A DNA stretch of 27,482 nucleotides from a virus (lineage: Duplodnaviria; Caudoviricetes): positions 1 through 27,482 of the IMG/VR virus record IMGVR_UViG_3300005805_000372; one strand, 5' to 3'. The position numbers were made by a program, and so were the translations under genes. Below, one piece after another: positions 1 through 8,996 of this stretch. A model generated the notes under the pieces. The model made no database searches. It was given only the letters and a program-made list of their open reading frames with translations, and was not told the DNA's origin. How positions within the stretch are numbered: position 1 is the first letter of the stretch; each line of letters begins with the position of its first letter.

Positions 1-219
1 GTTGGTTGTAGTCCTGAATTTTTGAAAGAACATTTGGAGAAACAATTTGTTGATGGTATGAGTTGGGAAAATAGGGCAGAATGGCATATAGACCACATAA
101 TTCCATTATCTTCGGCGAAAACTGAGGAAGATGCTTTAAAGTTATGTCATTATACAAATCTCCAACCATTATGGGCTGAAGATAATTTAAGAAAAAGTAA
201 CAAAATAATATATACGTGA
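1..219 (+). CDS. HNH-type endonuclease, C-terminal part (5'-truncated by the window edge), probably a free-standing homing endonuclease
   Basis: The frame is open from base 1 (VGCSPEFLKEHLEKQF...). It contains WHIDHIIPLS...CHYTNLQPLWAEDNLRKS, an HNH/endonuclease VII-like motif pattern common in large viruses. Its TGA stop overlaps the next GTG start. Confidence 0.8.
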   Translation, partial: VGCSPEFLKEHLEKQFVDGMSWENRAEWHIDHIIPLSSAKTEEDALKLCHYTNLQPLWAEDNLRKSNKIIYT

Positions 220-1202
220 AAAATATTTTAATAACAGGAGGTGCAGGATTTATAGGATCTCATGTTGCCAGACACTTTGTAACTGAGTATCCCAACTATA
301 AGATAGTGGTTATGGATTCTCTAACTTATGCTGGAGACAAAAATAATATCAAGGATCTTTTTAGTTACGAGAACTTTCATTTTTTTGAAGGTGATATTCG
401 AAATAAAAAAGATGTCTCACAAGTTTTCTTTGAGTATGATATTAATAATGTTATACATTTGGCGGCGGAATCTCATGTTGATGGGTCAATTCAAAATCCT
501 TCAATTTTCGTAGAAACAAATATTGTTGGGACTTTCAATTTGTTGAATGAATCTCTAAAATACGTACCATATGGTAACGGAGTATTTTATCACATTTCAA
601 CGGACGAAGTTTATGGTTCTTTGGGACCTAAGGGTTATTTTAGAGAAGATTCCCGATATGACCCAAGGTCACCTTATTCGGCATCAAAAGCATCCTCAGA
701 CCATTTTGTTAGAGCATATTATCACACTTATAATTTGCCAATATTAATAAGTAATTGTTCCAATAATTATGGTCCTTGTCAAAATAAAGAAAAAATGATT
801 CCTACTATAATCAACTCTGTTATACGTAGAAACCCAATACCCATTTATGGAAAGGGTGAAAACGTTAGAGATTGGTTATGGGTAGGTGATCATGTTAATG
901 CTATTGATAAAATATTCCACTTTGGTAAGTTTGGAGAAACTTATAACATCGGTGGGTCGAACGTTTATAAGAATATAGACTTGGTAAATAAGATTCTAAG
1001 TATTTTTGATAAACAAAATATTGTAAGTTATAAAGATTCATCCAAATTGATTACCTTTGTTGAAGATAGAAAAGGTCATGACCTAAGATATGCAATCGAT
1101 GCAAAAAAAATTAGACAAGAACTCGGATGGGTTGCACATAAGGATTTTGAAACTGGATTGGAAGATACGATTAAATGGTATGTAAAAAAATTTAATAAAT
1201 AA
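216..1202 (+). CDS. rfbB: dTDP-glucose 4,6-dehydratase (extended SDR family)
   Basis: GGAGFIG NAD-binding motif, HLAAESHVD, STDEVYG, catalytic YSASK, SNNYGP, GENVRDWL and DRKGHDLRY. Typical length of 328 aa. GTG start. Confidence 0.95.
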   Translation: MKNILITGGAGFIGSHVARHFVTEYPNYKIVVMDSLTYAGDKNNIKDLFSYENFHFFEGDIRNKKDVSQVFFEYDINNVIHLAAESHVDGSIQNPSIFVETNIVGTFNLLNESLKYVPYGNGVFYHISTDEVYGSLGPKGYFREDSRYDPRSPYSASKASSDHFVRAYYHTYNLPILISNCSNNYGPCQNKEKMIPTIINSVIRRNPIPIYGKGENVRDWLWVGDHVNAIDKIFHFGKFGETYNIGGSNVYKNIDLVNKILSIFDKQNIVSYKDSSKLITFVEDRKGHDLRYAIDAKKIRQELGWVAHKDFETGLEDTIKWYVKKFNK

Positions 1203-1561
1203 TGGTAGATTTTAATTATAAAAATCCGGAACTTGTTCGGCAAGTTGAATCCGAATATCCTCAAATGACAAATGAATTCAAAAGAATTATATTTGAGCAG
1301 TATGAATTGTTTTGTATGAAGCAATCAAATTATGGGCCTGGTAACATTGCAGTTGGAACTTCTCTTCAAACCAAAGATGACATCAAATTATCTATTACAG
1401 GGTTATGGTTTCGTATAAATGATAAAATCCAAAGATTGAAACAATTGGTCGTATTGAACAAAGAAGATGTTGTTGGAGAATCAATTGATGATACCTTCCA
1501 AGATTTGTCTGTTTATGGAATCATTGCTCAGATTGTGTCCAACGGAAAATGGGCGAAGTAA
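1202..1561 (+). CDS. DUF1599 / nucleotide-modification-associated domain 1-like protein
   Basis: The pattern KQSNYG...RINDKIQRL...ESIDDTFQDLSVYGII resembles the small all-alpha DUF1599/Nmad1 family, recognised by eye. Confidence 0.7.
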   Translation: MVDFNYKNPELVRQVESEYPQMTNEFKRIIFEQYELFCMKQSNYGPGNIAVGTSLQTKDDIKLSITGLWFRINDKIQRLKQLVVLNKEDVVGESIDDTFQDLSVYGIIAQIVSNGKWAK

Positions 1562-1585
1562 TTTATTAATCTAATTTTATTTACC

Positions 1586-2164
1586 TTGAAATCTTTCGAA
1601 CAGTTATCAAATTATTTTTATACGTTGGATGAAATGTATGAAAAAAAATGTAACGAACAATCTGATATCAATCAGTTGTTACCAACATTGAAGAAATATT
1701 CTGAACTTTGTGAGCATGTTACAGAAATGGGGGTCAGATGGGCAGTTTCAACTTATGCCCTAATGATAGGCAAACCAAAAAAATTTGTATCATATGATAT
1801 TGTTCCATTGGAAGATTTCAGGGTAAGTTTGGACTTTTTATTATTATTGGCAAAAAATAATAATATTGATTATAGTTTTATTGTCGCAGATACATTAAAT
1901 GTTGAAATTGATGAAACTGATTTTTTATTCATTGACACATATCATACTTATAAACAATTGAAGAGAGAATTGGAATTACATGCCAGTAAAGTAAAAAAAT
2001 TTATGGGGTTTCATGATACAACCACATATGGATTGGTTGGTGAGGATGGTGATTATGGATTATGGAAGGCCATCGAAGAATTTTTGACTGAAAACAAGAA
2101 TTGGGAACTTTGTGAGAAAATAGAATACAACAATGGTTTAACAATTCTAAAAAAAATCAAATGA
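1586..2164 (+). CDS. Putative class I SAM-dependent methyltransferase (Methyltransf_24-like)
   Basis: VTEMGVRWAVST (motif I-like), FVSYDI, FLFIDTYHTY and GFHDT. The start is uncertain: TTG at 1586 or ATG at 1634. Confidence 0.65.
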   Translation: MKSFEQLSNYFYTLDEMYEKKCNEQSDINQLLPTLKKYSELCEHVTEMGVRWAVSTYALMIGKPKKFVSYDIVPLEDFRVSLDFLLLLAKNNNIDYSFIVADTLNVEIDETDFLFIDTYHTYKQLKRELELHASKVKKFMGFHDTTTYGLVGEDGDYGLWKAIEEFLTENKNWELCEKIEYNNGLTILKKIK

Positions 2165-3153
2165 CAAAAACATTATTGATTGATGGTGAAAATCTATTCA
2201 GAATAGGATTTCATGGAGTAAGAGACCTATTCAGTAATGGAGAACATGTGGGAGGTACATTCTATTTCATCAATACGATTCGTAAATTCTTGGAAGAACA
2301 TAATCATGATAAGGTTATTGTTTTTTGGGATGGGCAATCCAATTCTTCCGTTAGAAAAAATTTATATTCGCAATATAAGGGACAAAGGAAAAACGAGATG
2401 AATGAATATCAGTACGAATCCTTTGTTAATCAGAAAATAAGGGTTAAACAATATTTGGAAGAAGTTTTTGTTAGGCAATGTGAGGTCACTAATAATGAAG
2501 CAGACGATTTGATTGCTTTTTATTGTAAAATCGCTGTCGACGAGAATATCATTATTTTTTCATCAGATAAAGACCTTTCACAATTAATTTCTAATTCTAT
2601 TACCATATATTCTCCAACTTCCAAAAATTATTATAAATTCGGAGATAAAATTCCAATCAATAAGGTTGATATTCCTCATGAGAACGTAATGGTTTGCAAA
2701 GTTTTTGTTGGAGATAAGTCCGATAATATTGATGGTATTTTGGGTTTGGGTGAAAAAACTTTGTTGAAATTATTCCCATTTATGAATGATAAGTCGGTCA
2801 CTGTGAATGAAATATTGGATTATGCACGAAATACCATGCAAGAAAAGAAATCCAAAGTTTTGGAAAATATTTTGACTGGCAAAACAAAAAATGGTATACT
2901 TGGAGAAGAGTTTTATTCTCTCAATACAAAAATTATTGATTTATCTAACCCATTAATATCTGATGATGCCAAAGAACTAATTTATAGCCTTTATAGAGAC
3001 CGTTTAGACCCAACCGACAGAGGATATAAAAACCTCATGAAGATGATGATACAAGACGGACTCTTCAATTTTTTACCCAAAGACGATGAAGATTGGGTAA
3101 ACTTTATGAAACCTTTCACAAAACTTATTCGCAAAGAAAAAAAAATTAATTAA
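2161..3153 (+). CDS. 5'-3' exonuclease / flap endonuclease (T4 RNase H / PolA N-terminal-like)
   Basis: Acidic catalytic motifs LLIDG, VFWDG, YKGQR, EADDLIA and SSDKDLSQL, plus the helix-hairpin-helix GDKSDNIDGILGLGEKT. ATGA overlap with the upstream gene. Confidence 0.92.
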   Translation: MTKTLLIDGENLFRIGFHGVRDLFSNGEHVGGTFYFINTIRKFLEEHNHDKVIVFWDGQSNSSVRKNLYSQYKGQRKNEMNEYQYESFVNQKIRVKQYLEEVFVRQCEVTNNEADDLIAFYCKIAVDENIIIFSSDKDLSQLISNSITIYSPTSKNYYKFGDKIPINKVDIPHENVMVCKVFVGDKSDNIDGILGLGEKTLLKLFPFMNDKSVTVNEILDYARNTMQEKKSKVLENILTGKTKNGILGEEFYSLNTKIIDLSNPLISDDAKELIYSLYRDRLDPTDRGYKNLMKMMIQDGLFNFLPKDDEDWVNFMKPFTKLIRKEKKIN

Positions 3154-3173
3154 TTATTAAACAAAATTTATTT

Positions 3174-3626
3174 ATGAGAGAACTTGATAGCACTAAAGTC
3201 GAATTGCTGTTGACGTTGAATGACAACATAGTTGTTCAAAGGTATTTTAATGTTAGGGGTTTTAACCCGAACGCAAAAAATTCATTGGAAATGTATGAAT
3301 TCATCAAATCTTTCAAGGAACAACTTCAATATTATTTGAAAATGAAGACTGTTTCTTATATGTTAGATAATGAAGAATCAATAATCTATGACCCAACAAT
3401 TATGGAGACATCATATACTGATGGACCAGAAACTTTCAACATTTATGTTAAAGTTGGAGACCAAATTTTAACACATCGAATTTTTGATGGAAAACTTTTC
3501 CCACCAAAAGTGAGATACACGGTCGATGTTAGACCTTTTTTGAAAGAAGTAATGAGAGAACTCACAGATATTTTTTCTAGAAAAAATTTAACATATCAAT
3601 ATTTGAACTTTGAGTTGAGTAATTAA
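3174..3626 (+). CDS. Hypothetical protein in the replication cluster
   Basis: A 150-aa ORF filling the gap between the exonuclease and the helicase, with an ATG start and A/T-rich leader. No recognised motif. Confidence 0.8.
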   Translation: MRELDSTKVELLLTLNDNIVVQRYFNVRGFNPNAKNSLEMYEFIKSFKEQLQYYLKMKTVSYMLDNEESIIYDPTIMETSYTDGPETFNIYVKVGDQILTHRIFDGKLFPPKVRYTVDVRPFLKEVMRELTDIFSRKNLTYQYLNFELSN

Positions 3627-3660
3627 GTATTTAATAGATACAGTAAATCCTTTTTATATT

Positions 3661-5040
3661 ATGAACAAAAATTTTGATTATCTGGGTAATACATTTCAGA
3701 TACAGTTGTTGAACCAGGTAATAGTGGACAAAGATTTTGCTCAATCTATAATGGATGTAATCGAAATCAGTTATGTTGACAACAAATATTTCAAAATCAT
3801 TTTGCAAATGATTAAAGAATATTATAAAAAATATAATTCGTCACCTAACTTCGAAACATTGGAACAGATTGTAAAATCTGAGGTAAGTCAAGAATTGGTG
3901 TTGAAAATTGTATTGGATACTTTGGTACAAATTAAAAATGCTCCGATCGAAGGTACAAGTTTCGTACAAGAAAAAGCCTTGAAGTTTTGTAAACAACAAG
4001 AACTACAGAAGGCTATGGATAGGGCTCAAAAAATAATCTCTGAAGGGGATTTCGAATCTTATGATAAAGTGGAAGGTTTGGTTCGTAACGCTTTACAAAT
4101 AGGTGAGGTAGATAAAGGAACAACAGACATTTTCACAGGATTGGATACAGTTTTGGATGAGGATTATAGACATCCAATTCCTATGGGAATTCTCGGTATT
4201 GATAAACTATTAAAAGGTGGTTTGGCTAAAGGTGAAATCGGAGTTATTCTCGCACCAACTGGAGTAGGTAAAAGCACGATACTAACTAAAATTGCTAATA
4301 CCGCATTTAATATGGGATATAATGTTCTACAAATTTTTTTCGAGGACAACCCGAAAATTATCCAAAGAAAGCACTTCACAATATGGACTGGAATTGCTCC
4401 TGATGAATTGGCTAATCATAAGGAAGAAGTATTATCCAAAATTACAGAAATTAAGGATACAATGAAAAATAAGTTAATCCTGAAAAAATTACCATCTGAT
4501 TCTGTGACTATGAATCAAATCAAAAACCAAGTTAGGAAAATGATTGCCGATGGTGATAAAATTGATTTGATTCTGTTGGATTATATTGATTGTGTCTTAC
4601 CTGATATAGCCCAAGATGAATGGAAAGCTGAAGGGTCTGTTATGAGAGCATTTGAGGCTATGTGTCATGAGCTTGATTTAGTTGGGTGGACGGCTACTCA
4701 AGGTAATAGAAGTTCAATATCTTCTGAAATTGTAACAACAGACCAAATGGGTGGGTCTATTAAAAAGGCTCAAGTTGGGCACGTTATTATAACTGTTGCA
4801 AAAACTCTACAACAAAAAGAAATGAATTTAGCTACAATCGCAATAACGAAATCTAGATTAGGTAAGGATGGAATCGTTTTTGAAAATTGTAAATTCAACA
4901 ACGAAATGCTTGAGATTGATACAGAAACTTCTGTTACATTTTTAGGATTTGAAGAACACCAAGAAGAAAGAAAACGAGATAGAGTTAAAGAATTATTAGA
5001 AAAAAGAAAACAAAGACAAGAACAACAAAATTTAATTTAA
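3661..5040 (+). CDS. Replicative DNA helicase, SF4 (DnaB / T4 gp41-like)
   Basis: Walker [10 protein letters not shown], Walker [17 protein letters not shown] and an arginine-finger region KSRLG. Length 459 aa with no intein. Confidence 0.92.
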   Translation: MNKNFDYLGNTFQIQLLNQVIVDKDFAQSIMDVIEISYVDNKYFKIILQMIKEYYKKYNSSPNFETLEQIVKSEVSQELVLKIVLDTLVQIKNAPIEGTSFVQEKALKFCKQQELQKAMDRAQKIISEGDFESYDKVEGLVRNALQIGEVDKGTTDIFTGLDTVLDEDYRHPIPMGILGIDKLLKGGLAKGEIGVILAPTGVGKSTILTKIANTAFNMGYNVLQIFFEDNPKIIQRKHFTIWTGIAPDELANHKEEVLSKITEIKDTMKNKLILKKLPSDSVTMNQIKNQVRKMIADGDKIDLILLDYIDCVLPDIAQDEWKAEGSVMRAFEAMCHELDLVGWTATQGNRSSISSEIVTTDQMGGSIKKAQVGHVIITVAKTLQQKEMNLATIAITKSRLGKDGIVFENCKFNNEMLEIDTETSVTFLGFEEHQEERKRDRVKELLEKRKQRQEQQNLI

Positions 5041-5041
5041 T

Positions 5042-5995
5042 ATGAAACAAGAAAAAATTTTAGTAGAAAATCCTGACAGATTTGTCATTTTTCCCATTCA
5101 ATACGATGATATTTGGGAATTTTATAAGACACATCAAGCTGCTTTTTGGACGGCTGAGGAAGTGGATTTATCAGGAGACATCAGAGATTGGGAAAAATTA
5201 TCAGAAAATGAAAAATATTTTATCAAGAATGTATTGTCATTCTTTGCAGCTTCTGATGGTATTGTTAATGAAAATCTGGCGGAAAACTTTGTTAAGGAAG
5301 TACAGTATCCTGAGGCAAAGTTCTTTTATGGGTTTCAATTAATGATGGAAAACATCCACTCATTGATGTATTCACTTTTGATTGATACTTACATAACAGA
5401 CCCAAAAGAAAAGGATGAATGCTTTCATGCAATTGATAAATTACCTGCAGTACAAAAGAAAGCAAATTGGGCATTGAATTGGATTAAGAATAGTACATTT
5501 CAGGAGAGACTGGTTGCATTTGCTGCCGTTGAAGGTATATTCTTCTCAGGTTCATTCTGTTCCATTTTCTGGTTAAAATCAAGAGGTATTATGCAAGGGT
5601 TATGTAATGCGAACGCTTTGATTTTCAAAGATGAAAACTTGCACACAGATTTTGCGATTCATCTTTTGAACAACCATATTGAAAATCGACCGAGTGAGGC
5701 AAGAATAAAGGAGATATTATTGTCTGCATTAGAAATTGAGAAAGAATTTATTACGGAATCTTTACCTGTATCAATGATTGGAATGAACTCAAATTTGATG
5801 AAGCAATACTTGGAGTTTATTACCGATGGATTGTTAGTTAAATTGGGATGTAAGAAAGTATTTAATGTTGAACAACCATTCAAATTTATGGAGCAGATTG
5901 CTATTGAAACCAAAGGAAATTTCTTTGAATCAAGAACCATCGAATACCAAAAAGCAAAACTTGGTGAATCATTAACATTTACTGATGACTTTTAA
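5042..5995 (+). CDS. nrdB: Ribonucleotide reductase class Ia, beta subunit
   Basis: [30 protein letters not shown] (iron ligands and radical Tyr), [21 protein letters not shown] and C-terminal TFTDDF. Confidence 0.97.
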   Translation: MKQEKILVENPDRFVIFPIQYDDIWEFYKTHQAAFWTAEEVDLSGDIRDWEKLSENEKYFIKNVLSFFAASDGIVNENLAENFVKEVQYPEAKFFYGFQLMMENIHSLMYSLLIDTYITDPKEKDECFHAIDKLPAVQKKANWALNWIKNSTFQERLVAFAAVEGIFFSGSFCSIFWLKSRGIMQGLCNANALIFKDENLHTDFAIHLLNNHIENRPSEARIKEILLSALEIEKEFITESLPVSMIGMNSNLMKQYLEFITDGLLVKLGCKKVFNVEQPFKFMEQIAIETKGNFFESRTIEYQKAKLGESLTFTDDF

Positions 5996-6006
5996 ATTTT
6001 AGAAAT

Positions 6007-8451
6007 ATGATGTCGTTGAAAATAAAAAAAAGAGAGGGGGATGAAGTTTCGTTCAATCCACAAAAGATTTATAGTAGAATAAAAAGAGCATCCAAAGGAC
6101 TTAACGTAAACTCTGATGAAATTTTTATCAAAGTGATAACGTCAGTTCCAACTGAGGGTTTAATCTCAACAAAAGATTTGGATAAACTTATATATGAGAT
6201 TGCTGCGTCCTATACAGGAAGTCACCACGATTATTCAAGATTGGCTGCTAGTGTTGCGGTTACATCACATCACAAAGAGACATTAGACAGTTTCAGTGAA
6301 ACAATGATAAATCTTAATAAGTTAGGTATTGTTAGTGATAGATTGATAGATTATATAAATGCATACGGTGCTGATAAAATAGACAAACAAATTAATCATG
6401 AAAATGATTTTAATTTTGATTACTTTGGATGGAGGTCATTTTATGAAATGTATTTGTTAAAGACACCAAATGGTGTTGTAGTTGAGCGTCCTCAACACAT
6501 GTATATGAGAGTCGCATTGTGGGTTACTCATTCATTTGATGAAGCTATGGAATATTATAAGTCATTATCCAATCAACTAATATCTAAGGCAACTCCAATA
6601 ATGATTAATGCTGGTACCAAAATACCACAATTAGCATCTTGTGTTTTACATTATAATAATAATGATTCTCGAGAAGGGTTGTTGGATAGTTTACATGATA
6701 TATCAACTTATTCTGCCGATGCTGCGGGTATTGGATTATGTGTATCAAATATTAGGAGTAAGGATAGTAGAATTAGTACATCAGGAGGATATGCTGGTGG
6801 GGTATTAAAATATCTCAAAATTGTTAATGAATCTTTAAGATTCTTCAACCAACAAGGTAGAAGACCCGGAAGTGCAGCAATTTATATGGAACCTTGGCAT
6901 AAAGATATTTTTGATTTGTTGGATATAAAGAAAAATACTGGTGCAGAAGAACTTAGAGCAAGAGACCTTTTTACTTCAATTTGGTTACCCGATAATTTTA
7001 TGAGGGCAGTCAAAAATAACGAAGATTGGTATTTATTCTGTCCGAACGATATTAAGAAGTCAGGGATAAAAGCATTACAAGATTGTTATGGAGAAGAATA
7101 TGAAGAAAACTATAACAAAGCTGTTAGTTTAGGTATAGGAAAAAAAGTTTCAGCACAATCCGTTTGGAATAAAATTATTGAATCTCAAATTGAGACCGGA
7201 GTACCATATCTTTGTTCTAAGGATAATGCTAATAATAAAACAAACCATCAAAATATCGGAGTAATAAAACAATCAAATTTGTGTAATGAGATATATCAAT
7301 ATACTGATGAAAAAACGACTGCGATATGTACTCTATCCTCAATAGTGTTGAAAAATTTTATTAGGGATGGTAAATTCGATTTCAAACTACTTCACGATGA
7401 AACACGAAAAGTTGTTAGATCCTTGAATAAAGTTATTGATATAAATAATTATTCAACCGAGAAGGGTAAGAAAGGGGGATTAGAACAGAGAGCTATTGCT
7501 ATTGGTGTTCAGGGACTTGCAGACGTTTTTTACATTATGGATTATATCTTTACTTCCGATAAAGCAAAACAACTTAATAAAGATATTTTTGAAACAATTT
7601 ATCACGCTGCAATAACCGAGAGTATGCAGTTATGTAAAGAAGAAAAATATCAACCATATAAGTTTTTTGAAGGTTCTCCCATGTCCAAAGGAATATTTCA
7701 ATTCGATATGTGGGGGGTCGATACAAAAGACCTTTTATATAATTGGGAAAGTTTGAAGGGAGAAGTCAAAAAGTATGGGGTGTGTAATTCTTTGTTTACA
7801 GCACAAATGCCTGTTGCATCATCCGCTAAAATTACTGGTTCTTTCGAAATGACAGAACCTGCTCATTCGGCTCTTTTCAACCGAAGAGTTGTTGGTGGAG
7901 AAATTCTGATTGTAAACAAGTATTTAATCAGTGACTTTGAAAAATTGGGTATTTGGTCTGAAGATTTGAAGAATGAAATAATCTTAAATGAGGGGTCAAT
8001 TCAAAATATTAACTTTAATAATTACTTAGATACTGAAGATAAAAATTACTCCAAAAAGGTTTCGAGAATAGAACATCTCATAAACAAATATAAAACTATT
8101 TGGGAGATATCACAGAGGGAGTTAATAGATATGGCGGCAGATAGGGCACCATTTATAGACCAATCACAATCTATGAATATTTATATGGCAAATCCTACAT
8201 TATCTAAAATATCATCATCACACTTTCATGGTTGGCAAAGAGGATTAAAAACCTTGTGTTATTATGTTAGAACAAGAGCGGTATCGACAGGTGCTAAACA
8301 TCTGGCTTTGGATTTATCACAGGTAAAAAATAAACCTAATCCTTATGTTAGCAAAGTCGAACCTAACGAACTACCTAATCAAGTTCCAATGTATGAACTA
8401 ACTCAAAAACCTGAGGATTCTCCTTTTGAATGTTTTGGTTGTAGTTCCTAA
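6007..8451 (+). CDS. nrdA: Ribonucleotide reductase class Ia, alpha subunit with N-terminal ATP cone
   Basis: N-terminal KIKKREG ATP-cone start, ERPQHMYMRVA, ATP..NAGT, QLASC, QGRRPGS, SNLCNEI active site, PFIDQSQS, CYYVR and C-terminal CFGCSS redox pair. Confidence 0.97.
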   Translation: MMSLKIKKREGDEVSFNPQKIYSRIKRASKGLNVNSDEIFIKVITSVPTEGLISTKDLDKLIYEIAASYTGSHHDYSRLAASVAVTSHHKETLDSFSETMINLNKLGIVSDRLIDYINAYGADKIDKQINHENDFNFDYFGWRSFYEMYLLKTPNGVVVERPQHMYMRVALWVTHSFDEAMEYYKSLSNQLISKATPIMINAGTKIPQLASCVLHYNNNDSREGLLDSLHDISTYSADAAGIGLCVSNIRSKDSRISTSGGYAGGVLKYLKIVNESLRFFNQQGRRPGSAAIYMEPWHKDIFDLLDIKKNTGAEELRARDLFTSIWLPDNFMRAVKNNEDWYLFCPNDIKKSGIKALQDCYGEEYEENYNKAVSLGIGKKVSAQSVWNKIIESQIETGVPYLCSKDNANNKTNHQNIGVIKQSNLCNEIYQYTDEKTTAICTLSSIVLKNFIRDGKFDFKLLHDETRKVVRSLNKVIDINNYSTEKGKKGGLEQRAIAIGVQGLADVFYIMDYIFTSDKAKQLNKDIFETIYHAAITESMQLCKEEKYQPYKFFEGSPMSKGIFQFDMWGVDTKDLLYNWESLKGEVKKYGVCNSLFTAQMPVASSAKITGSFEMTEPAHSALFNRRVVGGEILIVNKYLISDFEKLGIWSEDLKNEIILNEGSIQNINFNNYLDTEDKNYSKKVSRIEHLINKYKTIWEISQRELIDMAADRAPFIDQSQSMNIYMANPTLSKISSSHFHGWQRGLKTLCYYVRTRAVSTGAKHLALDLSQVKNKPNPYVSKVEPNELPNQVPMYELTQKPEDSPFECFGCSS

Positions 8452-8458
8452 AAATAAT

Positions 8459-8491
8459 AAAAATCACGGTAATTGCCGTGATTTTTTTTTT
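8459..8491 (+). terminator. Intrinsic (Rho-independent) terminator, possibly bidirectional
   Basis: AAAAATCACGG-TAATTG-CCGTGATTTTT inverted repeat running into a T10 tract, just after the nrdA stop codon. Confidence 0.9.
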
Positions 8492-8496
8492 AAGAG

Positions 8497-8503
8497 TATT
8501 TAT
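8497..8503 (+). promoter_or_regulatory. Candidate late-promoter motif TATTTAT
   Basis: Lies between the terminator and the first structural gene. The same heptamer recurs at 10960, 19456 and 26373 in intergenic gaps. Confidence 0.45.
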
Positions 8504-8523
8504 TATTAAATATTTAACCTCAT

Positions 8524-8994
8524 ATGGCGGCAGGTATTACATATGGAATAAATTTCCCTTTTCGAGATTCCAAAGTTGGAGATTATTTGGAATTAACTAC
8601 CACTGAAAACCAACAGATTAAATCCGATTTAATACACCTACTTTTAACAAGAAAAGGTAGTAGGTATTATTTACCTGATTTTGGTACTCGACTCTATGAA
8701 TTTATCTTTGAGCCTTTTGATGGATTAACATTCGATGCTATACAATCGGATATAAGAGATGCTGTCGAGAAATATATGCCAAATTTATTGTTGAATAATA
8801 TAACAATTTCTCCAGCTGACGTATCGGAAGAAGTTAACGGCACACAAGGTGAAAATATCGCAGGACCAAGTGATATTAGTATTTATAGATTTCCCGGTAA
8901 AGGTACATCAGAATATACTGCTAAACTAAGAATAGACTATTCAAATAATAGATCAACATTTGCACAAAGTGATTTCATAATTATAAACATATAA
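8524..8994 (+). CDS. Baseplate wedge protein, T4 gp25 / GPW family
   Basis: QIKSDLIHLLLTRKGSRYYLPDFGTRLYEFIFEP...IRDAVEKYMP is the gp25-family signature. Confidence 0.9.
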   Translation: MAAGITYGINFPFRDSKVGDYLELTTTENQQIKSDLIHLLLTRKGSRYYLPDFGTRLYEFIFEPFDGLTFDAIQSDIRDAVEKYMPNLLLNNITISPADVSEEVNGTQGENIAGPSDISIYRFPGKGTSEYTAKLRIDYSNNRSTFAQSDFIIINI

Positions 8995-8996
8995 CC

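Noticed and set aside
216-1202. Bacterial O-antigen / rfb locus
   Set aside because: No rfbA/C/D, flippase or polymerase is nearby, and the flanking genes are phage-like.
1-8451. Eukaryotic giant virus (NCLDV) origin suggested by the RNR type, HNH, sugar enzyme and collagen
   Set aside because: Operon-like overlapping genes, an intrinsic terminator, a DnaB-type helicase and contractile-tail baseplate genes indicate a bacteriophage.
3661-8451. Inteins or introns in the helicase or RNR genes
   Set aside because: Lengths are typical, motifs are contiguous and the frames are uninterrupted.
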